From an uncultured Actinomycetes bacterium (lineage in GTDB: Bacteria > Actinomycetota > Thermoleophilia > RBG-16-64-13): DNA of 64,000 nt. The number at the start of each line of letters is the position of its first letter. Positions within the stretch are counted from its first letter, which is position 1. Under the pieces are notes generated by a model. That model did no database searches, was not told the origin of the DNA, and saw only the letters and a list, made by a program, of their open reading frames with translations. Position numbers and translations under genes: made by a program. The stretch is taken from positions 190,944 to 254,943 of the forward strand of contig CAWJDT010000005.1 in NCBI GenBank assembly GCA_963841735.1, written 5' to 3'. Shown here in pieces: positions 1 through 9,576 of the stretch.

Positions 1-1289
1 TTCAACGCGACCAATGCTTCCTGATACGCCCGGCCCATCTGCCCGGCGTCGGGCGTGAAGCCCCCGATACCTGCCGAGATACTCAAGTCGGCGGACGTCC
101 TCCCAAGAGCCTGCAACGTGGTGGCGAGCTTCTTTAGAGAGGTCGCATCCTGGGCGGTCTTCCCGCACACAAAGATCACCACGTGGCCGGACTTCAGGCT
201 GGCGAGCGACGAGGGTTCGGTCGAGCCCAGGTGGCGCGAGCACTGGGAGAAGAACTGCTCGGCCCTCCGATCCAGCTCCTCCTGACCCCAGCCCTTGCGG
301 GGCACCAAACCGTCGAAATCATCCACCCCGAGCAAGATGACGGTGGACCCCTGGCTCAGGTCACATCCCAAGAACGCGCCGCGTCGTGAGAGGGAGTCTC
401 CATCCCGCGCCCCTCCGCTCACCACGTCGTCCACGAAGTCGCCCTTCAAACGCACCTCGGTCTCGAAGCGCACCCGGTCCTGAGCCATCTCGAGAGCCGC
501 GATGGTGACGGAGTGCTCCAAGATCATGATCTCATTGGCCGAAAGCTCCTCCGCCTCAGTGAGTGAGCACACATAGCCCAACCGCCTGTGACTGGCCACG
601 ATGGGCAGCGCAAACATGGCCGGCAGCCCTTCTTCGCTCAACCGCACCGGCTTTTGCCCCTCCCCCATTCCCGCGAACAGCTCTCGTGCTTTGGCGCCGG
701 CCAGGCCCGTCTTCAGGTGGATCCAAGCCGCGGCCAAGCCCTTCGAGGCTGCCAGCACCTCCAGGGAAGTGTCAAGCACCAGTGCAGGGCTCTCCAGCAG
801 GCGGGAGGCCTCATCGGCCAGGTCTTGCCAGCCGCCTCCCCGAATCACCACTCCCAGTAGACTCCGGTGAATCGACTGCGACTGCTCCAGCAACGACGCC
901 TGCCGGTTGATGATCAGCTCGGTGGCGTCCTGCATAAGCCGCGTCCAGCGAAGGCTCTGCGCCACCTCGACAATGGGGAACCTGCGCTTCTCGGCCAGCT
1001 CCAAGATGTCCCCCGGCAGGCTCTCGACAAAGCGAGTGGTCTTGATGAACAGCGCAGCCGCGTCGGCCATCATCACCCTGCGGCAAAACTCACGCTGCCT
1101 CTCCGGATCGCCCTTCACAGCGAAAAGCGTGGAGAGCACCAGCTCTCCCCCCGACAGCCAATCGGCGATATCGGGGACTTCTCCCACGGTCACCGACGAG
1201 ACCCTGCGGTCCAGACCGCCCTCGCCGGCAAGCATCCGAGCCTCTTTGAGCACCTCAAGCTGGAGTATTTGTGAAACCGTTACAGGCAT
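1..1289 (-). CDS. PucR-family transcriptional regulator, 3' end truncated by the window edge (N-terminal PucR/purine-catabolism-like sensor domain; C-terminal HTH lies beyond position 1)
   Basis: Manual reverse-complement translation from ATG at 1289-1287 runs with no stop to position 1. N-terminus MPVTVSQILQLEVLKEARMLAGEGGLDRRVSSVTVGEVPDIADWLSGGELVLST matches the PucR N-terminal domain signature (LAGEaGLDRpV...GGELlLTTG). Confidence 0.6.
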   Translation of the reverse strand, partial: MPVTVSQILQLEVLKEARMLAGEGGLDRRVSSVTVGEVPDIADWLSGGELVLSTLFAVKGDPERQREFCRRVMMADAAALFIKTTRFVESLPGDILELAEKRRFPIVEVAQSLRWTRLMQDATELIINRQASLLEQSQSIHRSLLGVVIRGGGWQDLADEASRLLESPALVLDTSLEVLAASKGLAAAWIHLKTGLAGAKARELFAGMGEGQKPVRLSEEGLPAMFALPIVASHRRLGYVCSLTEAEELSANEIMILEHSVTIAALEMAQDRVRFETEVRLKGDFVDDVVSGGARDGDSLSRRGAFLGCDLSQGSTVILLGVDDFDGLVPRKGWGQEELDRRAEQFFSQCSRHLGSTEPSSLASLKSGHVVIFVCGKTAQDATSLKKLATTLQALGRTSADLSISAGIGGFTPDAGQMGRAYQEALVAL

Positions 1290-1467
1290 AGTGCCACGAA
1301 CGATAGCAGTCGGAACGAGCGCCGTCGAATGGAGCGAGCCGGGCAGCCGATGGACACCGCGGGTTAGGGGCCGCCGACCTATGCCAGCTCGGCCTTGCGC
1401 ACCGCCTTCCTAGCTGGGACGATTCAGTGGATAGATCCGTCTGACCGAAAGAGGAGGGGGAGCCGCG

Positions 1468-2052
1468 GTGGACCGGACCGAGCTGAGGCATCTGTTCGCG
1501 TGGCGGCGCTGCCATAACTGCATGACTGTGACCGAGGACCAGGAGATTGCAGAGTCCGCGCCGGACCAATGCCCAAGTTGCGGCCAGACGGGCTACTTCC
1601 TGGATTGGCCGCCGGAACCCGCCCGGCTGTTGCTCAGAAGCGCCTTCCGTCAGAGCATCGAGGACTACGAAGGCCTTGCCACGATGAGCTTCCTGGTCGC
1701 CTCATCTATGGACTCGATCGTCCAGTGGGTGGTCGGGGCAGCCGCGGAATATCTGGCGCCCGAGGGCCAACGCGGCGCGCAACTCATCGAGAGCGCCCAC
1801 GATCCGGCCCTTTCCACCGAAGAGCGACTGCATCTGCTGAAGAACATCGCCGACCTTGACTACAAGGGGGTCGCGGAGAGCCTCGACGAGCCAGGCTTTG
1901 CCTCGAGATGGAAAGACCTGCGCAATGGACGAGATCAGTTCGTCCAGTTCTGCGATCCTTCCGCCTTTCAGTCCGTGACCGAACAGGACCTGTTCGACCT
2001 CGCCCGCATGGCAGTCAAGGTCTTCGCCCGGCTCAACAACATGATCTGGTGA
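1468..2052 (+). CDS. hypothetical protein with N-terminal CxxC...CxxC zinc-ribbon-like motif
   Basis: 194-aa ORF with GTG start preceded by AGGAGG at ~1450. Motifs CHNC...CPSC. No recognisable family. Confidence 0.45.
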   Translation: MDRTELRHLFAWRRCHNCMTVTEDQEIAESAPDQCPSCGQTGYFLDWPPEPARLLLRSAFRQSIEDYEGLATMSFLVASSMDSIVQWVVGAAAEYLAPEGQRGAQLIESAHDPALSTEERLHLLKNIADLDYKGVAESLDEPGFASRWKDLRNGRDQFVQFCDPSAFQSVTEQDLFDLARMAVKVFARLNNMIW

Positions 2053-2064
2053 GACCCGAAAGCC

Positions 2065-2307
2065 CTACGCCACGGGCGCGTCCCACATGATCGCCACAGC
2101 CTCCGGATCGCCCGAGCTGACCATCACAGCTAGGCTGGCCCCGGGAAGCACCCGCGACGCGTAGACCACCGCCACCGTTTCCTTTAAGCCTTTCATCTGC
2201 TTGAAGAGTCCCATGTCGAATCCTTTACTATCGCCATTCGATTCGAGGAACACTGGCCACACGGTCTGGCGTGTTACCAGATGGAGCGCTTTGCAGGCTA
2301 TGGGCAT
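2065..2307 (-). CDS. small hypothetical protein (start uncertain; ORF extends to 2370)
   Basis: ORF 2065..2370; the plausible part begins at MPIACKAL. No family recognised. Confidence 0.25.
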   Translation of the reverse strand: MPIACKALHLVTRQTVWPVFLESNGDSKGFDMGLFKQMKGLKETVAVVYASRVLPGASLAVMVSSGDPEAVAIMWDAPVA

Positions 2308-2380
2308 TGCGATTGACCCTCGGGGCCCGAGATGCAAATCCGGCGCGCACTCCCGCGGCGCGGGGGGCACGGCCTCGGTA

Positions 2381-3688
2381 CTACGCGTCGGCCACGAAGG
2401 AGCGATCGTCTTCCCCTCGCTTTTGCTTCAGCCACTCGGCATACCAGGTCGCATGGCCTTCGCGCGCGATCTCTCTCGGTAGCCTGCCCTTGACCATGGC
2501 TCTCAGCCCTCCTCGCCCATGCCGAGTGAGCAACGCTATGCCGAGATGACCAAACAGGAGCATGGCGCTGGTGACTGCCAAGACCTTGTGCCCCAAGAGG
2601 AGCCCTGGCAGCAGCCAGAGGGGCAGATGGAACCGGAACAACAGCAGGATGCCGGTGACGACGAAACCCAACGCCAGGCCCGCCACCAAGTGGGAGTTGA
2701 CCTTCTGCCCAGCGTTGAACCGGCCCTGAGGGGGCATCTTCCCACCGCGAAGCATGCGCCCGCTCAGCGCGGCGCGGAGCCAGCGGCCATCGTTGGCGTC
2801 CCATTCGTCCACCGCGCGCCGAGTCTCTGCCAGGCGCCGGCGATCAAGCACCAGGAAGATCAACAACGGGACGAGCACCATCGCGAGCCCCACATAGCCA
2901 TGGTACTGAGACACCGTGTAGCGAGCTCCGGCCATCCACGTCCGGGTCGACGGGATCCACATGAGCGCGCCACTGAGCCCCGCGACGAGGAAGCAGAAGG
3001 CATAGACCCAATGCGCGAGGCGCTCGGCGAGCACGAACCGCACCGGCCCGCTTACTGTTGCCCCCCCATTCGCCGAGGTCCGCCGGTTCCCTGACCACTG
3101 GATGGCCATTCCGGCCCAACCGATCAAGGCGAAGACACCGAGCAACGACATGAAAGCGATCCACCCGCCGGTGAGTCCGCCACCGCCGCCACCGGTCCCC
3201 GCCAACGCCGCGATCGAGTCGGTGCTGGTCGTGGTCGCTCCCTCAACGGTCGTGGTCGGCTCCAAAGAACTCGTGCTCGAGTCCAGGATGGTCGTGCTCG
3301 AGTCCAGGATGGTCGTGGTCGATCCCGCGATGGTCGTGGTCGATCCCACGATGGTCGTTGCCGCCGCCCCAGCGCCCGCCGCCGAAAGGCTCGTCGGCGT
3401 CGTTTTTGGCAAGGCCGGCTTCGTGGTGGCCGACGCCGGTGGCTTCGTGGTGGCCGGCGCGGGTGGCCTGGTGGTGACCGGCGCTGGTGGGCTGGTGGTA
3501 ACCGGCGCTGGTGGAGATGTGGTGACTGTAACGTGGCAACCGGGAGTGCCGTGCCCAGTATCAGGATTGCAGGTCTTGCCCGGCGTAGCTCCCGCCGGTT
3601 GTACGTAGCCCCAACCGAGCAGAGCAGCAGCCGCGACCGCCACGATCACCAAGCTCAGGGCAAGATAGCGTTTCCTTCTCTTCATCAT
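2381..3688 (-). CDS. cytochrome b561 / Ni-Fe-hydrogenase b-type cytochrome family membrane protein with N-terminal signal peptide and Thr/Pro-rich repetitive extracytoplasmic region
   Basis: 435 aa. Signal-like N-terminus (MMKRRKRYLALSLVIVAVAAAALL); TTSPPAPV x3 and TTI(V/A/L)GS/DSS repeats; then a multi-TM core with NAGQKVNSHLVAGLALGFVVTGILL, which matches the NxxQK motif of the PF01292 cytochrome b family. Confidence 0.6.
   Translation of the reverse strand: MMKRRKRYLALSLVIVAVAAAALLGWGYVQPAGATPGKTCNPDTGHGTPGCHVTVTTSPPAPVTTSPPAPVTTRPPAPATTKPPASATTKPALPKTTPTSLSAAGAGAAATTIVGSTTTIAGSTTTILDSSTTILDSSTSSLEPTTTVEGATTTSTDSIAALAGTGGGGGGLTGGWIAFMSLLGVFALIGWAGMAIQWSGNRRTSANGGATVSGPVRFVLAERLAHWVYAFCFLVAGLSGALMWIPSTRTWMAGARYTVSQYHGYVGLAMVLVPLLIFLVLDRRRLAETRRAVDEWDANDGRWLRAALSGRMLRGGKMPPQGRFNAGQKVNSHLVAGLALGFVVTGILLLFRFHLPLWLLPGLLLGHKVLAVTSAMLLFGHLGIALLTRHGRGGLRAMVKGRLPREIAREGHATWYAEWLKQKRGEDDRSFVADA
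3275..3536. repeat. in-frame coding tandem repeats: 4 x 21-nt units (3275-3358) and ~5 x 24-nt units (3417-3536) inside the cytochrome-b-like gene
   Basis: Direct reading: ctcgagtccaggatggtcgtg x2, gtcgatccc(g/a)cgatggtcgt(g/t) x2, ggcttcgtggtggcc(g/g)... x4-5. These encode the Thr/Pro-rich repeats. Confidence 0.6.
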
Positions 3689-3770
3689 GCTGTGCTTATA
3701 CCTCCAGACAGGACCGACGCTCGGGACGGTCTCGGGACGACAAGATGTCTACTAGCTCGCCAGGATCTGG

Positions 3771-4331
3771 CTAGTCATCCTCGTCGGGGTGTTCGTCGTC
3801 GGTATGCGATGCGGGCAAGTGATCGGAAGGCTCGTCGACCTCGTCGACCTCGTCCAAGCTCGGTGCATCCTCGTCGTGCTCGATAGCCGGCAGGTCAGAT
3901 GGCTCCTGAACGGTGGTGGGCGGCGAAGCGGGCTGCGTGGTCGGCGGCGAGACCGGCCGTGTGGTCACCGGCCTAGTCGGCTGTATGGTGGCCGGCGAGG
4001 CCGCAGGCCTCTGACTGCCTGTAACCAGTACCGGGCCGGCCGGTGCGGCCTGGCCCAGCGCGGCGCTTTGATCGATGAGTGGTTGCAGCAAGCCCTCGCT
4101 GGTCACGGTTGTCTCGGTTTCGGTTGTCTCTGCCTCCGTCGTCTCCGTCTCCACCACAGTGGCCGGGTCGGTCGCGGCAGCCACAACGGAGTTCAGTGTG
4201 GAGTCAAGAAGGGTCACGCTTGCATCTCCGCGGTGCACTTGCCCCAAGACTATCCCCGTGCCAACGAGCGCCACGACCGTCAACATGGCAAGAATCGGTG
4301 TCAACACGCTAGCTTTGATCCGCATTTGCAC
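3771..4331 (-). CDS. hypothetical membrane-anchored or secreted acidic low-complexity protein
   Basis: 186 aa. N-terminal hydrophobic segment (ASVLTPILAMLTVVALVGTGIVLG), ETTE repeats and a highly acidic C-terminus. Confidence 0.4.
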   Translation of the reverse strand: MQMRIKASVLTPILAMLTVVALVGTGIVLGQVHRGDASVTLLDSTLNSVVAAATDPATVVETETTEAETTETETTVTSEGLLQPLIDQSAALGQAAPAGPVLVTGSQRPAASPATIQPTRPVTTRPVSPPTTQPASPPTTVQEPSDLPAIEHDEDAPSLDEVDEVDEPSDHLPASHTDDEHPDEDD

Positions 4332-4476
4332 TCCTCCTCGCTAGGACCCGTCACCCACAATCGCTGAGGCGACGAGGCCCGACCGGCAACCAGGAGTTTA
4401 GACCTCGGTCGTAAGAGAACCTTAACAAGAGCTTAAGAATGCTCTTATCTTTGGACTTTTCCCGTCTTTCAGACCG

Positions 4477-5949
4477 TTACCGGCGTCTATTTGCACGTGG
4501 CCGCCGCGTCCCGTCCACACCGTCGGGCTCCCCTTTCGCCAACGGCGGCAGCAAGACGGTGAAGGTGCTCCCCTCCCCCTGCCGACTTACAACTTCAAGC
4601 GATCCTCCGTGCGCGACCACAATATCGCGGGCAATGGCAAGCCCCAGGCCCGAGCTCTCCTCGTCCCCCGAGAGCAGTCCTCTCCCCCGGTAGAACGGTT
4701 CGAAGATGTGGGGCAGGTCGTCCGCGGCGATGCCCGCGCCGGTATCGACCACATCGACGCAAATGGAGTCGGCCTGCGCCCGCGAGCAGCCTCGAGCTAG
4801 AACCCGGATGCGGCCCGACGGCGGGGTGAATCTTATGGCGTTGGCCAATAGATTAGACAGGACTCGAGCCAGGTCTTCGGCGAATCCGCTGACGTAGATG
4901 CCCGGCGGCACTTCGGTCTCAAGCTCGACCCCCTTTTCTTGGGCGAGCGGTTCCATATGCTGAACGGTGACTCCCAGTAGGTCGCTGAGGTCGACGGTCT
5001 CTGGCTCGTCGCTTCTGGCCCGACCGGCCCGGGCGACCACCAGAAGGTTTGTGCTAAGGCGAATCAGTCGGTCCACTTGACCCTCCAGATCGCGCAGAGC
5101 CTCTTCGTACTCTGCCGGAGTCCTGCGTCTCGAGAGTGTGACTCCGATGCCCCCCTTTATGGCCGTGAGCGGAGTGCGCAGCTCATGGGAGGCATCCGAC
5201 GTGAAGCGCCGTTCGCGCATAAACGCCTGCTCCACTCTGTCGAGCATCCGATCGAAGGCCGCCGCCAGCCTACCGATCTCGTCGCCCGGACCCCGATAGC
5301 GTATGCGCCGGCCGAAGTCGCCCGCGCGGATCGAGTCGGCTACCTGCGAGATGGTGACCAACGGACGAAGCGTCCGTCCGGTAAGAACATAGGCGGCCAG
5401 AGCGGCCAGTACGAGAGCGATGGGCAAAACCAGATACAGCTGTGTACGTAGAGTCTGCAGAAGACTTTCGGTAGGCGTCAGCGGTCTGGCCACCTGGATC
5501 CAACCGCGCGTCTGCCCGTCGGCGCCCGGGACCGCTTCTGTCAGGACCCTCCAGTTCTCGCCCGATGCGTTCACGGTCAGATATCCCGGCGCGGGAGGCG
5601 TGGGCAGTCCTGCGATGGCCTGCCCGGCGCCATCGGACTGCTCACCGTCGGCCCTAAGCACCAGGAGTGCAAAGCCGGCCTCCATATCGGCGTGCGAGAA
5701 CGTCGCTCCCTCGCCGCGAAGAACGAGTCGGCCATCCTCTTCCTCAAGCGACAGCAGGGCCTGAGAAGCGGCAGCCCGCAGACTGGAATCGACCTCCTGC
5801 AAAAGCCGGTGCTCAGTCTGAAAGTAGACATAAGTGCCCACCCCGAGCAGACTCATGCCTACCAGGATGACAAAAGATGCGACCACTCTCTGACGCAGCG
5901 TGCCGCGCAGTCGCCTCCGCGGGTCAGCCTGCGCCCGAACCATCGTCAT
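4477..5949 (-). CDS. two-component sensor histidine kinase (HisKA + HATPase_c)
   Basis: H-box SHELRTPLTAIKGG; N, G1 and G2 boxes (DTGAGIAADDLPHIFEPFYRG...GLGLAIARDIV); N-terminal TM and sensor region. Overlaps the upstream response regulator by 26 nt. Confidence 0.85.
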   Translation of the reverse strand: MTMVRAQADPRRRLRGTLRQRVVASFVILVGMSLLGVGTYVYFQTEHRLLQEVDSSLRAAASQALLSLEEEDGRLVLRGEGATFSHADMEAGFALLVLRADGEQSDGAGQAIAGLPTPPAPGYLTVNASGENWRVLTEAVPGADGQTRGWIQVARPLTPTESLLQTLRTQLYLVLPIALVLAALAAYVLTGRTLRPLVTISQVADSIRAGDFGRRIRYRGPGDEIGRLAAAFDRMLDRVEQAFMRERRFTSDASHELRTPLTAIKGGIGVTLSRRRTPAEYEEALRDLEGQVDRLIRLSTNLLVVARAGRARSDEPETVDLSDLLGVTVQHMEPLAQEKGVELETEVPPGIYVSGFAEDLARVLSNLLANAIRFTPPSGRIRVLARGCSRAQADSICVDVVDTGAGIAADDLPHIFEPFYRGRGLLSGDEESSGLGLAIARDIVVAHGGSLEVVSRQGEGSTFTVLLPPLAKGEPDGVDGTRRPRANRRR

Positions 5950-6613
5950 CTTCCAGCACGAACCCAGTGCCCCGAAGTGTGCGGATTACCGAGGCGCCCG
6001 GGCCGTGGCCGAGTTTCCGCCTTAGATAGCCGACGTAGACGGCGACGACGTTCGACTCGTTGTAGAAGTCGAATCCCCAGACCCGTTCCGCGATCTGAGT
6101 GCGGGTGAGCACCTCGCCAGGGTGGTGCATCATGTACTCCAAAAGGGCAAACTCCCGGCGGCTCAGCGCAACAGGCCGGTCGCCCACGCGGACCTCACGA
6201 CGGAGCACATCCATCTCTATTGAGCCCACGCGCAGCATAGGTTGAGCATCCGGCTGCGGACGCCGCAGCAAAGCGCGTACCCTCGCGACCAGCTCCGGGA
6301 AGGCAAAGGGCTTGACCAGATAGTCGTCCGCTCCCGAGTCCAGACCGCGTACGCGATCCTCGACGCCGTCGAGAGCCGTCAGCAGCAGAACGGGGCAGGT
6401 GATGCCCGCTGCGCGGGCCTGGACGAGCAGATCCAGCCCACTGATGTCGGGCAAAAGGACATCAAGGATAAGAAGATCGTGGACGCCGGTCAGGGCCTTT
6501 TCAAGGCCGCGTGCACCGTTGCGCTCCCAATCGATCTCATAGCCGGCTTCGACAAGACCTTGGCGAATGAATCTACCGATACCGGCGTCGTCTTCCACCA
6601 ACAATAGCCGCAA
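5924..6613 (-). CDS. OmpR-family response regulator (receiver + winged-helix)
   Basis: LLLVEDDAGIGRFI...LILDVLLPDISGLDL...DDYLVKPFAFPELVARV, followed by a winged-helix C-terminus. Probable TTG start at 6613, 6 nt after AAGGAGG; the listed ORF extends to 6655. Confidence 0.85.
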   Translation of the reverse strand: MRLLLVEDDAGIGRFIRQGLVEAGYEIDWERNGARGLEKALTGVHDLLILDVLLPDISGLDLLVQARAAGITCPVLLLTALDGVEDRVRGLDSGADDYLVKPFAFPELVARVRALLRRPQPDAQPMLRVGSIEMDVLRREVRVGDRPVALSRREFALLEYMMHHPGEVLTRTQIAERVWGFDFYNESNVVAVYVGYLRRKLGHGPGASVIRTLRGTGFVLEDDDGSGAG

Positions 6614-6778
6614 TGCAAGCCTCCTTGCTGGGGCCAGCCGGAGTATACACCCCACAAAGCGGCGCCCGGAGAATGCTTCGGCCGGCCCGCGCCTTGCGCG
6701 GACCGGCCGAATCGGAGGGGGTCTATGTTCTGAAGCACCGTGTCCGGCGCGGGCGCCGCCGAGCCGAGCGCCGTCCGG

Positions 6779-7120
6779 CTACCCGATGGCCACGTGTCCT
6801 GTCTCGCCGGTGCTGATGCGCACGCACTCCTGCAGGTCCAAGACGAAGATCTTGCCGTCGCCTATGCTGCCGGTGCGGGCACCCTTGTTGATGGCGTCCA
6901 TGGCCGGCGCCAGGAATTCGTCGTTCACCGCTATCTCGATTTTCACCTTGCGCAGCAGGCCGCCCGGTTCCACATGGCTCCGGTAGACCTCGGCCACACC
7001 CTTCTGCCTGCCGCGTCCCATGACATCCGACACCGTCATCAGGTTGATCTCGGCCTCGGTGAGCGCTTCCACCACCTCGTCCAGGCGATCGGGCTGGATT
7101 ATGGCGATTATGTATTTCAC
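6779..7120 (-). CDS. glnK: nitrogen regulatory protein P-II
   Basis: 113 aa. MKYIIAIIQPDRLDEVVEAL...GRGRQKG...Y in the T-loop region; canonical P-II. Immediately downstream of the ammonium transporter (amt-glnK arrangement). Confidence 0.9.
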   Translation of the reverse strand: MKYIIAIIQPDRLDEVVEALTEAEINLMTVSDVMGRGRQKGVAEVYRSHVEPGGLLRKVKIEIAVNDEFLAPAMDAINKGARTGSIGDGKIFVLDLQECVRISTGETGHVAIG

Positions 7121-7228
7121 GTCTCGAGCCTCCTTAGGTCCAACTGGTCACTGTCGCGAGTCGGCGGTCAGGCAACGATGGCGCCGGTCGCCGGCCACAC
7201 ATCGATGCCATGAGTCGCCGCTCACTTC

Positions 7229-8770
7229 TCATAGGTGCGGCGAAGCCGGGTAGGCCGGAACGCCCATCTCGGGTATGTCGAGCCCTATCATCTCTTCGTC
7301 GCGCGACACCCGGATACCTTGCACCCTCTTCTGGATGCGGAAGAACGCGTACATCAGCCCGAACGACCACGTTACCACCACGACGCAACCTATGGCCTGA
7401 GCAGCAAGCTGTCCGGCGCCGCCTCCGTAGAAGAGACCACGGATGGTGCCTTCCACTCCGTTCCAACCTTCTCCGTAGGTACCATCGGCGAAGAGTCCCA
7501 GCGCCAGCATGCCCCAAAGGCCGTTGATGCCATGCACCGAAACTGCGCCCACCGGGTCGTCCACCTTGAGCACGCGCTCTACGAAAACGATGGAGCCCAC
7601 CACGAGCAGCCCCGCGACGATACCGATGATCGCGGCACCCGTGGGGCTTACGAACGCACACGGTGCGGTGATGGCCACCAGACCGGCAAGCATGCCGTTG
7701 GCTGTCATCGACGGGTCGGGCTTGCCCCACAGCTTCCACACCAAGAACATGGCCGCGAGCGAACCGGTGGAGCAGGCGATGAACGTGTTGACGATGGCCA
7801 CTACAAAGCGCAGGTCGGTGGCCGCGAAGGTGGAGGCTCCGTTGAACCCTATCCAGCCGAATACCAGAACGATCACTCCCAGGATGGCCATGGGCATGTT
7901 ATGTCCAAGAATGGCCTTTGGTTTTCCGTCCTTGCCGAACTTGCCTATCCGCGGACCCAAGACGATGGCTCCGGCCAGCGCGGCAAACCCGCCGACTGCG
8001 TGCACCACACTCGATCCGGCGAAGTCCACAACTCCGTGACCAATACCTACGTTGCGGCCCAGCGCCGACAGCCAGCCGCCGCCCCACACCCAGTTGCCGT
8101 AGATGGGATACAAGATGGCCGCGATGAACACTCCGTACACGGCAAAAGCCGAGAACTTCCACCGTTCGGCCATAGCCCCGGTGGGGATGGTGGCTGTGGT
8201 GTCCATAAACACGAGCTGGAAAAAGAACATCGCCAGAATGGCTACGTCGTAGCTACTGCCCGACAGGAAGAAGCCTTTGGTGCCTATGAGACCCCAGCCC
8301 GACCCGGCCGAGGCCAGACCGTCCAAGGCCTGAGTGCCACCCAGCGTAGCGAAAGTGCCCACACCTCCAAACTGGAAGGCGAAGCCTACGGCCCAGTAGG
8401 TCACACAGCCGATGGCGAAGATCACGAAGTTGGTCATGATGACGTGCACCGCGTTCTTGGAACGCGAGAACCCGGTCTCGACCATGGCGAAGCCCATCTG
8501 CATGAAGAACACCAGCGCGCCGCCCATGATCAAGAAGAACATGTTGAGCGAGATCTTGGTGTGCCCCAACTCAGTGGCGAGCTCGCCCACAGTCGGACTG
8601 CCGCTGGTAGCAGCGGTAACGTCGGCCGCGGTGCCGGTGGCCGCTCCGGTGGGGTCGTTGGCCAGAGCCAGCCCCGTAACCAGCACCAGGGTCAGTCCGG
8701 CCAGCGCAATGATTGTGGCGAGCCTCTTCGCCCACGGCGACCAGGCCCAAGGTGGGGGTGCTTCTCTCAT
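7229..8770 (-). CDS. amt: ammonium transporter (Amt family) with N-terminal signal peptide
   Basis: 513 aa, 11-12 TM. Amt signatures FFLIMGGALVFFMQMGFAMVETGFSRSKNAVHVIMTNF and GHNMPMAILGVIVLVFGWIGFNG. Confidence 0.9.
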   Translation of the reverse strand: MREAPPPWAWSPWAKRLATIIALAGLTLVLVTGLALANDPTGAATGTAADVTAATSGSPTVGELATELGHTKISLNMFFLIMGGALVFFMQMGFAMVETGFSRSKNAVHVIMTNFVIFAIGCVTYWAVGFAFQFGGVGTFATLGGTQALDGLASAGSGWGLIGTKGFFLSGSSYDVAILAMFFFQLVFMDTTATIPTGAMAERWKFSAFAVYGVFIAAILYPIYGNWVWGGGWLSALGRNVGIGHGVVDFAGSSVVHAVGGFAALAGAIVLGPRIGKFGKDGKPKAILGHNMPMAILGVIVLVFGWIGFNGASTFAATDLRFVVAIVNTFIACSTGSLAAMFLVWKLWGKPDPSMTANGMLAGLVAITAPCAFVSPTGAAIIGIVAGLLVVGSIVFVERVLKVDDPVGAVSVHGINGLWGMLALGLFADGTYGEGWNGVEGTIRGLFYGGGAGQLAAQAIGCVVVVTWSFGLMYAFFRIQKRVQGIRVSRDEEMIGLDIPEMGVPAYPASPHL

Positions 8771-9053
8771 GGTTCCTCCTTTTGTCCAGGCAATGCTCCC
8801 GCGTCAATGCTACCGACCGGGAAGCCGTCCGCCATTCGCCCCACAACAAGAGAGAAACGGGACTTGTTTAGACACAAGGAGTAGCCGGAGACCAGCTCGG
8901 CCTCGTCGCTACCTGTAGTTTCGTGCTATTGGAGTGATGACTGTTTCGCTAGCTTGGCCTTATGGCCAAGCGGGACAGGGGTTGGCTGGGGCCCGCTGCC
9001 TGGTGCCTCCGCCAAGAATGCATGCAACAAGGCGCCAGGCCGCCCAGAAGCGA

Positions 9054-9572
9054 CTATCCTCGCCTCAGGCACGCAAAGTGTCCAAACCGCTCCAGCCACT
9101 CCTCGTCAAGCTCCTCGTTCCCATCGGCATAGAGCCAGGCCAAGTCATCATGGGAGATCCTGAAGACCACCCGCCCAGAAGAAGAGACGATATGGCAGTC
9201 CCACCCCGCGTAGAGAACGTAGCGGACCAAGGAGAGCAAGTCAGCGTGGTCATCCGGCCCGAAGAGATGACCTGGCTTGTCAAGAAGTTCGGCACCATCG
9301 CCCAGGGCCTGCCTGAACCTCAGGAACAGGTTGTAGTCGTAGTACTCCAGCGAACCCGCTCCCGCTACCTCGGTGTAAGCCAGTACTTCTGGGTCGTCCG
9401 AAAACAGGCAGGCAATAGGCGTCGCAATCACGGTTCTTGTCGCGGCCTCTTCACGAATGCCAAAGGAGAACACCTTTCGAAACCCCGAGAGGTTCATCCC
9501 CTCGTGCTTCCTGGCCAGCCTTCGCTCGCGAAGCCACGCGTCCATCTCTGAAAACTCGATGATCCTTGCCAT
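9054..9572 (-). CDS. hypothetical protein, third gene of the AbiE operon
   Basis: 172-aa ORF starting 5 nt after the AbiEii stop. No recognised domain. Confidence 0.4.
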   Translation of the reverse strand: MARIIEFSEMDAWLRERRLARKHEGMNLSGFRKVFSFGIREEAATRTVIATPIACLFSDDPEVLAYTEVAGAGSLEYYDYNLFLRFRQALGDGAELLDKPGHLFGPDDHADLLSLVRYVLYAGWDCHIVSSSGRVVFRISHDDLAWLYADGNEELDEEWLERFGHFACLRRG

Positions 9573-9576
9573 GCAA

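Noticed and set aside
3275-3536. Tandem repeats considered as a possible CRISPR-like array
   Set aside because: Units are 21 and 24 nt with no spacers, lie in frame within a CDS and encode Thr/Pro repeats.
7235-8884. 549-aa plus-strand ORF
   Set aside because: Antisense to the ammonium transporter, whose identity is unambiguous. The product is R/H/G-rich low-complexity, typical of spurious ORFs in high-GC DNA.
8771-8900. Possible GlnR/NtrC-type operator upstream of amt
   Set aside because: Only a loose gtctaAAC-N6-cGTTTC resemblance. It cannot be supported without knowing the organism's nitrogen regulator consensus.
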